From Maricaulis sp. (lineage in GTDB: Bacteria; Pseudomonadota; Alphaproteobacteria; Caulobacterales; Maricaulaceae), in contig NZ_JAEPOL010000002.1 of NCBI RefSeq assembly GCF_017642925.1, positions 138,457 through 202,456 on the forward strand: a DNA stretch of 64,000 nt. Reading direction: 5' to 3'. Below the pieces are notes generated by a model. That model was not told the DNA's origin. It was given only the letters and a program-made list of their open reading frames with translations, and did no database searches. The stretch's first letter is position 1; each line of letters opens with the position of its first letter. This document shows, piece by piece, positions 37,879 through 47,133 of this stretch. The position numbers and the translations under genes are program-made.

Positions 37879-40839
37879 CTAGAAGGTCCAGCTCAGCCCG
37901 AAGCGGACAGAGCGCGGCGGCTGATAGGTCCGCGGCGCACCATAGTTCGGATCCGGTACGTTGAGGGCCGTTTCGCCGATTTCGCGAATGTCGGTGACGC
38001 CCGAGCTGTCGAAGACGTTGAAGATGTCCATCCGCAGCACCGGTTCGCCGCCCAGCGGCAGGTCCACCGGCCGGTAGATGAAGGCCAGATCGACATTGTA
38101 GATCCAGTCGCTCTCCAGCTGGCTGCCGCGCGGGGTCGGCTGGCTGTTGCAGAAGAAGGACTCGGACTCATAGGCCTGGGCGAAATCATCCGTCGGGTGG
38201 AAGCCGATACAGCCGAAGCGCCGCGGCGAGGTCGCCTGCATTGCCGCACCGACAGAGAACTGGTCGGTGAAGGCGTAATTCCCCCACAGCTTGATCTTGT
38301 GGGCGCGGTGGTTGGGCAGCAGTCCATCGGAGTTGTCCGTCAGCCCCGGCTGGTCGAAGGAAGTCGTGATCCCCGCATCGTCCTGGCCATTGTCCGACTT
38401 CACGGTCCCTTCGTAATTGCCTTCGCTGCGCGACAGCGTCCAGGACCCGTGCAGATCCCAGCCATTGTCGAAGGCCCGGTCGAAGGTCAGCGTCAGGGCT
38501 TCATAGGTCCGCGTCGGCGTGGGGTAGCCGAGATCCGCGGCACTCAGATCCACGGTCTCGTCCAGCTCGGGCAGATAGACCCGCATGTCCTCGCCCGGAT
38601 TCGTCAGCACATACTGGTGGAAACCCGTCCAGACATCCTCGCAGGGCGTGCCGCCAACCGTGATCCCGTTGGCATTGCAGTAGGCGATAACGGCGGCGTC
38701 GATCGCCACGTCTTCCAGCGTCACGCCGAGATCGCGATAGGTGTAGCTGGCGCTGAAGTCCCAGAGATCGTTCATCATCCAGCGCGCGCCGATGATGAAT
38801 TCATCCACATACATCGGATCGAGATACTGGTCGGTCACCGCTCGCGTGTCCGGCACGGTTCCGTCACCGAACACCTCTTCCAGGAACGGTCCGCCTTCGA
38901 GCTGCGGCACGTCGTTCGCATCCAGCCCGGTGAACTGGTACCAGTCCTGGGTGAAGAGTTCGGCGCCTGCCATGCGGATATTCGTATTGGTGGCAACAGG
39001 CAGGAAGTAACGGCCATAGAAGCCGAACAGCTCCAGCGAGCCGTCTCCGAAATAGTCGTAGGACACGCCCAGGCGCGGTGCCAGCTGGTCCTCGATCTTG
39101 GTGAAGGTATCGCCACTGGCGTTGCGGTTGTCGAAGGTCTCGTTGCGCAGGCCGATATTGACGTTCAGCTGATCCGTGACCTGCCAGGAATCCTGAATGT
39201 AGAAAGCCGTCTGGATCGTCTCGAACGAGCCGCCGCGATCAAGCTGCCGGACACGGACGCATTCACGGCCAGCCTGACCGCCCTGGGCTTCGCACGATAC
39301 GGGGTCATAAAGCCGATAGTAGACGCCGCCCGAGTAGAAGGAGCGGTCTTCAGCCGTCAGCGTCTCCCGGTCGACACCGATGCGGATATTGTGCTCTCCG
39401 AAAAAGTTCGCATAGATGTCCGCATCGGCCCGGATCAGTTCGCGCGTGTCATTGCCTTCGGCCGGGACGAGCTCACCCCAATTGCCCAGCTGAATGACCG
39501 GACCGCTGGTGTCCCGGGCATCAAGGATCGCCGGATTGCCATCCGTGCTGCCCGCAATGGTCTGGTTGAACGTCTGGCGGCCAGCCGTCAGAGACACGGT
39601 AAGCCAGTCGGTCATGGCGCCGGAATAGCGCAGGATGTTGACGTCCCCGCCTTCCAGGAAGTTGGTCTGTGCCACCGGCGTGCGGCTTTCAATTTCGGTC
39701 CGGTCAGCATTGAAGGTGACGTCGCTCGCCTCACGCACCGTTGCCCGGTCATCCGAAAAGCTCGTCCAGGCGAAGGTATGCCCTTCAAACAGGTTCACAT
39801 CGAGACGGAAGCCGAAGAACGGGTCGTCCGTGCGATCGACTTCCTCGCGTCCCGCCTCGGTGATGTTGATTGCCTCGATCAGGCGCGGCGAGTACAGGCC
39901 GTAGATGAAGACCCGGTCCTCGATGATCGGCCCGGAAACCCAGAAATCGCTCTCCAGCGTCATGCGCTGATCGAACTGGTTGGCCTGGGCATAGGTCGTC
40001 GGCGAATCCTCGCGAAGCTCGTCCGGCGAATAGAAAATATTGAACCCGTAGTGCCATTCATTCGTGCCGGAGCGGGTCACGGCATTCACCACCCCGCCAG
40101 TCGAACGCCCGAACTCGGCCTGATAACCGCCGGACTTGATCTCCAGCTGATCATACAGCTGGAAAGGCACGGCCGAGGCACCGAGGAAGTTGCGGAAGTC
40201 GGTGATGTTCATGCCGTCGACATAGAAGGCATTCTCGCCCGGCGAGGCCCCGGAGATCGAGGCGAAGCCCGTGCTGAGCCCTTCCTCGAAATCATTGTCG
40301 CCGATCACGGTGCCCGGCGCGAGCAGGGTCAGCGACGTGACGTCACGGCCGATCGGCACCTGTTCGAACACGGCCTGGACATCGATGTCCAGCCCGGTCT
40401 CGGAGGCCTGGAACACATCGACCTGCACCGCCTGACCCGTCACGGTGATGACGTCTTCGGCCATCCCCGCCGGCAAGACAAACTCGTAGGCTGCCGACGA
40501 GCCCACCGAGACCCGGACGCCATCGTCGGACACCGTCTGGTAACCGGCCCCGGCTGCCGTCAGTGTGTAATTGCCAACCTCCAGGCGGCCGATGAAGAAG
40601 CGTCCATCGGCGCCGGTCGTGACGGTGCGCGTCGAGCCCCGGTCGCTGGACACGGCAGTGACGGTCGCACCGGACACCGGATTGCCGGCCTCATCCAGAA
40701 CCGTGCCGCCAACACCCCCTGTGGTGTAGGACTGCGCCAGCGCAGCTGGTGCCGTCATGACGGAGGCTCCGGTCGCGGCCGCAAGGGCGAGCCCGAAGCA
40801 GGCGGTGGTGCCCAGAAGAGTTTTCTTGATCGCGTTCAT
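37879..40839 (-). CDS. TonB-dependent receptor (Oar-like, N-terminal carboxypeptidase-regulatory-like domain)
   Basis: Signal peptide MNAIKKTLLGTTAC..., GTVLDEAGNPVSGATV, ITVTG, EFGRSTGGVVN, C-terminal VRFGLSWTF; start reassigned to ATG 40839. Confidence 0.93.
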   Translation of the reverse strand: MNAIKKTLLGTTACFGLALAAATGASVMTAPAALAQSYTTGGVGGTVLDEAGNPVSGATVTAVSSDRGSTRTVTTGADGRFFIGRLEVGNYTLTAAGAGYQTVSDDGVRVSVGSSAAYEFVLPAGMAEDVITVTGQAVQVDVFQASETGLDIDVQAVFEQVPIGRDVTSLTLLAPGTVIGDNDFEEGLSTGFASISGASPGENAFYVDGMNITDFRNFLGASAVPFQLYDQLEIKSGGYQAEFGRSTGGVVNAVTRSGTNEWHYGFNIFYSPDELREDSPTTYAQANQFDQRMTLESDFWVSGPIIEDRVFIYGLYSPRLIEAINITEAGREEVDRTDDPFFGFRLDVNLFEGHTFAWTSFSDDRATVREASDVTFNADRTEIESRTPVAQTNFLEGGDVNILRYSGAMTDWLTVSLTAGRQTFNQTIAGSTDGNPAILDARDTSGPVIQLGNWGELVPAEGNDTRELIRADADIYANFFGEHNIRIGVDRETLTAEDRSFYSGGVYYRLYDPVSCEAQGGQAGRECVRVRQLDRGGSFETIQTAFYIQDSWQVTDQLNVNIGLRNETFDNRNASGDTFTKIEDQLAPRLGVSYDYFGDGSLELFGFYGRYFLPVATNTNIRMAGAELFTQDWYQFTGLDANDVPQLEGGPFLEEVFGDGTVPDTRAVTDQYLDPMYVDEFIIGARWMMNDLWDFSASYTYRDLGVTLEDVAIDAAVIAYCNANGITVGGTPCEDVWTGFHQYVLTNPGEDMRVYLPELDETVDLSAADLGYPTPTRTYEALTLTFDRAFDNGWDLHGSWTLSRSEGNYEGTVKSDNGQDDAGITTSFDQPGLTDNSDGLLPNHRAHKIKLWGNYAFTDQFSVGAAMQATSPRRFGCIGFHPTDDFAQAYESESFFCNSQPTPRGSQLESDWIYNVDLAFIYRPVDLPLGGEPVLRMDIFNVFDSSGVTDIREIGETALNVPDPNYGAPRTYQPPRSVRFGLSWTF

Positions 40840-41029
40840 ATTATCCCCCGAGGCCGGTCGGGCCGGCACTCTTGTTTGGTGGTCGATGGCCAGCGCGCCG
40901 GGGTCCTCTCGGACATGCGGACGGGCGCTGGCGGAGCGATCCGACCAGTGCGGGTGAACACGTCTCAATCTGAATGGGTCGAACGGGAGCGGTGCGTTGC
41001 CGGCAACGGGCAAGGTTGCGGATGGGAGG

Positions 41030-41836
41030 TCAGGCTGACGAAGCGGCCGCCGTGCTATTCAGAGCCGCCATCAACGCCGCGCTTCCGGTCGCGCTGACGG
41101 GAAGAACCTGGCCGCTGCGAAGCCGGACCGATGCAATCCGCTCACGGCGCTGTTCGGTCGAAACGACATCTGACGGACGCACAAAGTGCGAGCGGTGCAC
41201 CTGAACGAAACCCTGGCCGTCGAGCATCTGCGCCATCTCGATCATGGTCGCACGGTGCAACACTTCACGCCCTGAGCGGTCGACAAGGGCTACATAATTG
41301 CCCTGTGCGGACACAATAACGATATCATCCAGTGCCACATAATCGGTGCGTCCGGCCGACCGTACGGCCAGGCGCGCCGTCCGGCCTCCCCGCGTCGTGT
41401 CGCCACTGCGCTGAACCAGGCCTTTCAGCTGGGCGCCGGCCAGATAGGCCATCCCCGTGAAGGTCGGCAGCATCAGCCAGAACAGGGAGGGTGTGGATGC
41501 CACGAGCGTCTGGGCCGGCACGCCTGTGTAGGCAGACAGAGCCAGCACCGTCCAGAAATAGTCGGCCATCGAGAATATCGCGACGACGCCGGCCGCTTCG
41601 ACACAGCGGCGCCAGGCCGGACTGCCTGCAAGCGCATGACGCAATCCAACCAGGGCACCTGCGATGATCGCAGGCAAGGCAATCGCGGAAAACACGGATT
41701 GATGCCGGACGCCCAGCGCGAAGCTGGGCGGGGCGCCGTCGGACACGGCTTCCTTATACTGCACGGCGACGAAGAGAAGCACGAGAACCGCCCAGACGAT
41801 GCAGCCGCCGGCAACGACCCGCAGCGTCCAGCGCAT
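41030..41836 (-). CDS. Membrane-anchored LytTR DNA-binding protein
   Basis: About 4 TM helices, then AQGNYV...HRATM...FVQVHRSHFV LytTR motif; start reassigned to ATG 41836. Confidence 0.85.
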   Translation of the reverse strand: MRWTLRVVAGGCIVWAVLVLLFVAVQYKEAVSDGAPPSFALGVRHQSVFSAIALPAIIAGALVGLRHALAGSPAWRRCVEAAGVVAIFSMADYFWTVLALSAYTGVPAQTLVASTPSLFWLMLPTFTGMAYLAGAQLKGLVQRSGDTTRGGRTARLAVRSAGRTDYVALDDIVIVSAQGNYVALVDRSGREVLHRATMIEMAQMLDGQGFVQVHRSHFVRPSDVVSTEQRRERIASVRLRSGQVLPVSATGSAALMAALNSTAAASSA

Positions 41837-42222
41837 CGGGATACCCCTGCCATGTGACTCTGGAAACCGCGTCGCCACGCCGTGCCTCCCCACGCCTTCA
41901 ACCGCCCTGAACACCCCGCAGAGCCTGTCACCCGGAGCATGACGGCGAGCACGCGGGGGACTTACATTTCTGTCACCTCACATGCCCCGCACGTAGCAGG
42001 AGAGACGCCGGCCGGCCCGGAATTGCGCCGAAGCACGGCCGCCTGTTGCGAACAGCGTCGGAAAACGACGGACGGCGGCATCTGGGTTTAACCCGCGAGC
42101 GGCTGTGACGAACCCGGACACCCGGGAAGCCGTCACTTGCCCGGGCGGGGCATATAGGCATGTCCGAAACGGCGCGGTAGCCAATCCATCACGTTATTCA
42201 GTGCCTTATGTGGAGGACCGCC

Positions 42223-43026
42223 ATGCGCTGCCTCATCCTTGAAAGCCGCGAACTCGCCCGGACGCAATTGCAGCGGCAACTGGACCGGTTCGCCGACACC
42301 AGCTGTGTCGGCGCCCATCCGGCCGCCGGCCAGGACGATCCCTGGCACGGCACATCGCCGGATGTGGTGTTTCTCGGCAGCGACCAGCCGCGGCTCGAAC
42401 GTCTTCTGTCGCGCCCGGCGGGCACCGCACAAGATGGCCCGGTCATCGTGATGATGGGCGACTTGCCGATACACGCCCTGACCGCGTTCGAGCTGCAGGT
42501 GACCGACTTTCTCCTGCGGCCGGTCGAGACGCTGCGTCTTGAGGAATGCCTGCGTCGCGTGCGGACCGAGTTGCAGCAACGGCGCGACCTGGCGCGGGTC
42601 GCCGTCCTCAGCGAAACGCTGGCCGGGATCCGCCAGGGGCACACCACCGATGCGGGAGCGCCGGTCTACCGGGATTTCTGGATCCGCTGCCGCAATGAAA
42701 CCGTGCGGGTGCCCCAGTCGCAGATCGTCTGGATCGAGGCCGCGCGCAGCTATGTCCATTTCAACCTGCGCAACCGGCAGCTCCTGCACCGGATCTCGTT
42801 GCGGGAGCTGGAGGAGCGGCTGGACCCGGCGGACTTCCTGCGCATTCACCGCTCGGCGATCGTCAATGTGCATCACATCGAGCGCACCCATGCCGACCGA
42901 CATGGCACGCATTCGGTCGAGCTGGCCAATGGAGAGATGGTGCGCGTGGGACGCAAATACCGCCTGCAGCTGGCCGAGTTCATGGCGAGCGGCCGGGTAC
43001 CGCCGCGTCAGGACGTGGCGGCCTGA
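42223..43026 (+). CDS. LytTR regulator with degenerate receiver domain
   Basis: LytTR motif IEAARSYV...FLRIHRSAIVN; the receiver has ILES, VFLGS and FLLRP in place of the DD, D and K residues; GGAGG SD before ATG 42223. Confidence 0.85.
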   Translation: MRCLILESRELARTQLQRQLDRFADTSCVGAHPAAGQDDPWHGTSPDVVFLGSDQPRLERLLSRPAGTAQDGPVIVMMGDLPIHALTAFELQVTDFLLRPVETLRLEECLRRVRTELQQRRDLARVAVLSETLAGIRQGHTTDAGAPVYRDFWIRCRNETVRVPQSQIVWIEAARSYVHFNLRNRQLLHRISLRELEERLDPADFLRIHRSAIVNVHHIERTHADRHGTHSVELANGEMVRVGRKYRLQLAEFMASGRVPPRQDVAA

Positions 43027-43033
43027 AACCGGC

Positions 43034-43516
43034 CTACCGGCCCGGCTCACTGCGGGATGACACGACCTCGACGCGGTAGCTGTCATGGCAGGCGATGCAG
43101 GTATACATCGCCGAAGCCGCCGCGGCCTGGGCCTCAGTAACCGGCGTCTCGTCGGGCAGAGCGGCAATCGCCGCCAGGTCCTGACGCAGCATCTGCCCCA
43201 TGCCCCGGAAACTGTCCGGCATTCTGGCTCCCATTCCCGGCATCATGGGGCGCGGCGTGGCCATCTCCGCGGCGGCTTCCCGCAGCCGGTCGAGATCGCC
43301 CTCGCTGCCCGCCTCCATGATCGCCTGGCTGCCCGAAAGGAAGATGCGCATCGTCTCCACGATATGGCTCTGCTCCTCCGCGGTCAGCCGGATCGGGGTT
43401 CTCGGATCGGCGTCTTCCGCCACGCCAACCCCGGTCTGGGCGTGTCCGGACGCCGCAATCGCCATCCCGGCGGCCAGAACGGCGGACCCCAACGTGACGG
43501 CAAGAATGGCGCGCAT
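43034..43516 (-). CDS. Class II (cytochrome c'-like) c-type cytochrome
   Basis: Signal peptide, helical body, single C-terminal CIACH heme motif. Confidence 0.75.
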   Translation of the reverse strand: MRAILAVTLGSAVLAAGMAIAASGHAQTGVGVAEDADPRTPIRLTAEEQSHIVETMRIFLSGSQAIMEAGSEGDLDRLREAAAEMATPRPMMPGMGARMPDSFRGMGQMLRQDLAAIAALPDETPVTEAQAAAASAMYTCIACHDSYRVEVVSSRSEPGR

Positions 43517-43527
43517 CTCCGCCTCCC

Positions 43528-43980
43528 TCAGAACGTGAAGAACCGCGTGCGCGGATCTGCCATGATGGTCGCAATTTCCGGCGGGGTCGCCACCCCGATC
43601 CCGCTGTGAAGGTCTTCCGCGCTGTGGGGCGAGTTGGGCAGGTAGATCGCACAGACCTGAACCGTCACACCATCCTCGATCAGGGTTTCAAGCAGACCGT
43701 GCGGCGACATGTTCCGTGGCGCGAGCGGCCGCGTGGCGGCTTCCGGCGGCTGGGCCAGGGCAAGATCGCCGGCCTTGTCGCACAGGAGAACGCGCACCGG
43801 CACGCCCTGCTGGGCGCTGGCGCGTGTCAGGATCAGCGCCATGAGCTGGGTCTGCGGATCCTCGCGGGTCAGCACGGTGAGGACGGGCGCTGCGCCCGGC
43901 AGCGGTGCCGCATCCTGCGCGGGAGCGGGCGCGGCCAGGGCCGCCATCAGAACAAGGCCGGACAACACAATCTGCTTCAT
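43528..43980 (-). CDS. Secreted DsrE-like protein
   Basis: Signal peptide; VRVLLCDKAGDLAL and GVTVQVCAIYL resemble the DsrE/TusD fold. Confidence 0.65.
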   Translation of the reverse strand: MKQIVLSGLVLMAALAAPAPAQDAAPLPGAAPVLTVLTREDPQTQLMALILTRASAQQGVPVRVLLCDKAGDLALAQPPEAATRPLAPRNMSPHGLLETLIEDGVTVQVCAIYLPNSPHSAEDLHSGIGVATPPEIATIMADPRTRFFTF

Positions 43981-44144
43981 TGCGACATCTCCTCGATGAT
44001 CACCCCTGCAGGTGCCGTCCTACCGGCAAGCCTGCGGGAAATTCCGGCGGCATTGTTGAAAGGGATGACCAGCCTGCACCGGTCCGGCGGCTGGCCCGGC
44101 CGCCTTGCAGCAGGCCCCCTGCCCGGCGCGGCGGCGCCTCTGTC

Positions 44145-44267
44145 TCATTCGGCACATTCCAGATCCTCGCAGTCTTCCGCATCCGGCGTGAATTCCAGCC
44201 AGAGCGCGTTGAGGATTCCGAAGCCGAGGGCGGCAGCAAGACCCAGTATCCAGGTAAAATACCACAT
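44145..44267 (-). CDS. cydX: Cytochrome bd oxidase small subunit
   Basis: MWYFTWILGLAAALGFGILNALWLE signature directly downstream of cydB; start at ATG 44267. Confidence 0.9.
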   Translation of the reverse strand: MWYFTWILGLAAALGFGILNALWLEFTPDAEDCEDLECAE

Positions 44268-44284
44268 GATTCCAAGACCTCCGG

Positions 44285-45430
44285 TCAGTAGGAGCCGGGC
44301 GAGGTGGCCTGCTCGGACGTCACACGTCCCCACAGCACCTTGAACACCCAGCTGGTGTAGAGAAGGATCAGCGGCACGAAGATCACCGTCATGATCAGCA
44401 TGAAGAACAGCGTGCCGTGGCTGGACGAGCTGTCCCAAACGGTCAGGCTGGCGTCGGGATTGAGCGAGCTCGGCAGGATGAAGGGGAACATCGACACGCC
44501 GGCGGTGGCGACGACGCCGAAGACCGACATGGCCGACCCGGCGAGGCTCGCTGCATTACGCTTCTTGCCCAGGCTGACGGCAGCCAGGAAAGCCCCCGCC
44601 ACGGCCATCAACGGCGCCAGCACCATCCAGGGATAGCGCACGAAATTGTTGACCCAGGCGCCGGCCTCGACACTGACCGCCTTGCGCATCGGATTGGACG
44701 GGCCATCGAGCAGGACATCCGATGTGATCATGTAGCCGGGCAGAACCGTGGCGGCCCAGACACCGGCAATGACGAACAATACGATGGTCAGCATGGCCGC
44801 GATCGATCCGAAGCGGGCCGCCCGGTCGCGCACTGGGCCCTTTTCGGCCTTCACCACGATCCAGGACGCACCATGCATAACCAGCATGGCGACCGAGATG
44901 AGGCCGGCGAGCAGGGCGAAGGGATTGAGCAGGCCGAACAGGCCGCCTTCATAGGTCGCCCGCAGCATGCTGTCGAAGTCGAACGGGACACCGCGCAGCA
45001 CATTGCCCACGGCCACACCGAAGATCAGCGCCGGTACGAAGCCGCCGATGAAGAGCGCCCAGTCCCAGCTGTTGCGCCAGGCCGCGCTTTCGCGCTTGGA
45101 GCGGTATTTGAAACCGACCGGCCGCAGGATCAGCGCCGACAGCACCACGAACATGGCGAGATAGAAGCCGGAGAAGCTGACGGCATAGACATAGGGCCAG
45201 GCGGCAAAGATCGCGCCACCGCCCAGAATGAGCCAGACCTGGTGGCCTTCCCACATCGGGCCGATCGTGTTGATCACGAGCCGGCGTTCGGCATCGGTCT
45301 TTGCGACGAAAGGCAGGAGCGTGGCGACGCCGAGGTCGTAGCCATCGGTCAGGGCGAAGCCGATCAGGAGGACGCCCAGAAGGCCCCACCAGATGACGCG
45401 GAGCGTCGGATAGTCGAGAGGCAGTTCCAT
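44285..45430 (-). CDS. cydB: Cytochrome bd ubiquinol oxidase subunit II
   Basis: LTDGYDLG, IGPMWEGHQVWLILGGGAIFAAWP, LRPVGFKYRSK, SLTVWDSSSS. Confidence 0.95.
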   Translation of the reverse strand: MELPLDYPTLRVIWWGLLGVLLIGFALTDGYDLGVATLLPFVAKTDAERRLVINTIGPMWEGHQVWLILGGGAIFAAWPYVYAVSFSGFYLAMFVVLSALILRPVGFKYRSKRESAAWRNSWDWALFIGGFVPALIFGVAVGNVLRGVPFDFDSMLRATYEGGLFGLLNPFALLAGLISVAMLVMHGASWIVVKAEKGPVRDRAARFGSIAAMLTIVLFVIAGVWAATVLPGYMITSDVLLDGPSNPMRKAVSVEAGAWVNNFVRYPWMVLAPLMAVAGAFLAAVSLGKKRNAASLAGSAMSVFGVVATAGVSMFPFILPSSLNPDASLTVWDSSSSHGTLFFMLIMTVIFVPLILLYTSWVFKVLWGRVTSEQATSPGSY

Positions 45431-45442
45431 GATATGCGTCTC

Positions 45443-47032
45443 CTATCGGTCGTAGAGCGGTGCCGGCACGGCTTCGGGGAAGCCGCCGGATGCGGGCTGG
45501 TGTGTCGTGACCGCTGTTTCTGACGTCGGCCCCTTGCGGATAGCCCGCACCATCAGCGTCACCTCGATCACGGCAAGCGTGCCGTAGAGAAGGGTGAAGC
45601 CGACCATCGTCAGGATCACCTGGCTGGCGGACAGGCTGGACACACCCATGAAGGTCGGCAGCACACCGTCGATCACCCAGGGCTGACGGCCGGTCTCGGC
45701 CAGCACCCAGCCAAGCTCCGCGGCAATCCAGGGCAAGGGAATGATCGCCACGGCCAGGCGCAGGAACCAGCGCGGGAAGGGCCGGCGCAGGCTCACCAGG
45801 TAGAAGGCCAGGGCAAAGACCGCGATGAAGAAGAAGCCGAGCCCCGCCATGATGCGGAAGGACCAGAAAGCCATGGCGACGTTGGGGACCGTGTCCCAGG
45901 CGGCCTGCTGGATCTGGTCCGGCGTCGCCTCGCGCGGATCGTCGACATAGCGCATCAGCAGGAGGGCATAGCCCAGATCCTGCTTGGCCAGCTCGAACTG
46001 TTCGCGCGCTGCCACATTCTCCGGATCGGCATTGAGCCGCTGGACCGCATCATAGGCCGTGATCCCGTTCTCGATCCGGTCCTGGGCGATGGCGACGAGC
46101 GGCAGGATGCCCTCGACATCGCCGTCGATGCTGCGGGTCGCAATCAGGCCCAGAAGCCAGGGCACCTGGATCTCGTAGCGGGTTTCCTGCGCCTCCTGGT
46201 CAGGCAGACCGACCAGTGTCAGCGGCGCCGGTGCCTCTTCGGTGTGCCACATGCCCTCGAGAGCCGCGAGTTTCATGCGCTGGTGATCGGTCAGCGTATA
46301 ACCGCTCTCATCGCCCAGCACGACAACCGACAGGGCCGAAGCCAGGCCGAAGGAGGCCGCAACCGCGACCGACCGCTTGGCCAGTCCGCGATGACGCCCC
46401 TTCAGGAGGTAGAAGGCCGAAATGCCGAGCACGAAAACCGAGGCGGTCACATAGCCGGCCGACACCGTGTGAACGAATTTGGCCTGGGCCACCGGGTTGA
46501 AGAGCACCTCCATGAAGTTGGTGATCTCCATGCGCATCGTGTCCGGATTGAATGCGGAACCGACCGGCGCCTGCATCCAGCCGTTCGCGATCAGGATCCA
46601 CAGGGCCGAGAGGTTCGAACCCAGGGCGACCAGGCCGGTGACGAGCCAGTGGACCGGACGCGACAGCTTGTCCCAGCCGAAGAACATCAGGCCGACAAAG
46701 GTCGCTTCCAGGAAGAAGGCCATCAGGCCCTCGATCGCGAGCGGGGCGCCGAAAATGTCGCCGACATAATGCGAGTAGTAGGACCAGTTCGTGCCGAACT
46801 GGAATTCCATGGTGATCCCGGTCGCAACCCCGAGCACGAAGTTGATCCCGAACAGGTTCATCCAGAATTTGGTGATGTCTTTCCAGACCTGCTTGCCGGT
46901 CAGGACATAGGCGCCTTCCATGATCACCAGGATCATCGACAGGCCGAGGGTCAGGGGAACGAACAGGAAGTGGTACATCGCCGTGAGCGCGAACTGCCAT
47001 CGCGAAAGGTCCGCGACCAGTAAGTGTTCCAT
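45443..47032 (-). CDS. cydA: Cytochrome bd ubiquinol oxidase subunit I
   Basis: SRWQFALTAMYHFLFVPLTLG, MEFQFGTNWSYYSHYVGDIFG, GRQPW; start reassigned to ATG 47032. Confidence 0.96.
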   Translation of the reverse strand: MEHLLVADLSRWQFALTAMYHFLFVPLTLGLSMILVIMEGAYVLTGKQVWKDITKFWMNLFGINFVLGVATGITMEFQFGTNWSYYSHYVGDIFGAPLAIEGLMAFFLEATFVGLMFFGWDKLSRPVHWLVTGLVALGSNLSALWILIANGWMQAPVGSAFNPDTMRMEITNFMEVLFNPVAQAKFVHTVSAGYVTASVFVLGISAFYLLKGRHRGLAKRSVAVAASFGLASALSVVVLGDESGYTLTDHQRMKLAALEGMWHTEEAPAPLTLVGLPDQEAQETRYEIQVPWLLGLIATRSIDGDVEGILPLVAIAQDRIENGITAYDAVQRLNADPENVAAREQFELAKQDLGYALLLMRYVDDPREATPDQIQQAAWDTVPNVAMAFWSFRIMAGLGFFFIAVFALAFYLVSLRRPFPRWFLRLAVAIIPLPWIAAELGWVLAETGRQPWVIDGVLPTFMGVSSLSASQVILTMVGFTLLYGTLAVIEVTLMVRAIRKGPTSETAVTTHQPASGGFPEAVPAPLYDR

Positions 47033-47057
47033 GGTTGAACTCCGGTTCCGACGCGTT

Positions 47058-47080
47058 AACTTGCACTTGAAATACAAGTT
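47058..47080. promoter_or_regulatory. NsrR-like 11-1-11 palindromic operator in the cydA/cydD divergent promoter
   Basis: AACTTGCACTTGAAATACAAGTT resembles the enterobacterial NsrR site AAGATGYATTTnAAATRCATCTT. Confidence 0.55.
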
Positions 47081-47133
47081 TTATAGACGGGCGCAACGGG
47101 CGAAACGTCGCACATGGAATCCGCACGGGCTGC

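Noticed and set aside
40972-41026. GAAYGGG-like short repeats as LytTR binding sites upstream of the TonB receptor (also CTGTCACC at 41925 and 41970)
   Set aside because: Short, irregularly spaced and expected by chance in GC-rich DNA.
37543-41097. 1184-aa plus-strand ORF
   Set aside because: Antisense shadow of the TonB receptor gene in GC-rich DNA; no motifs.
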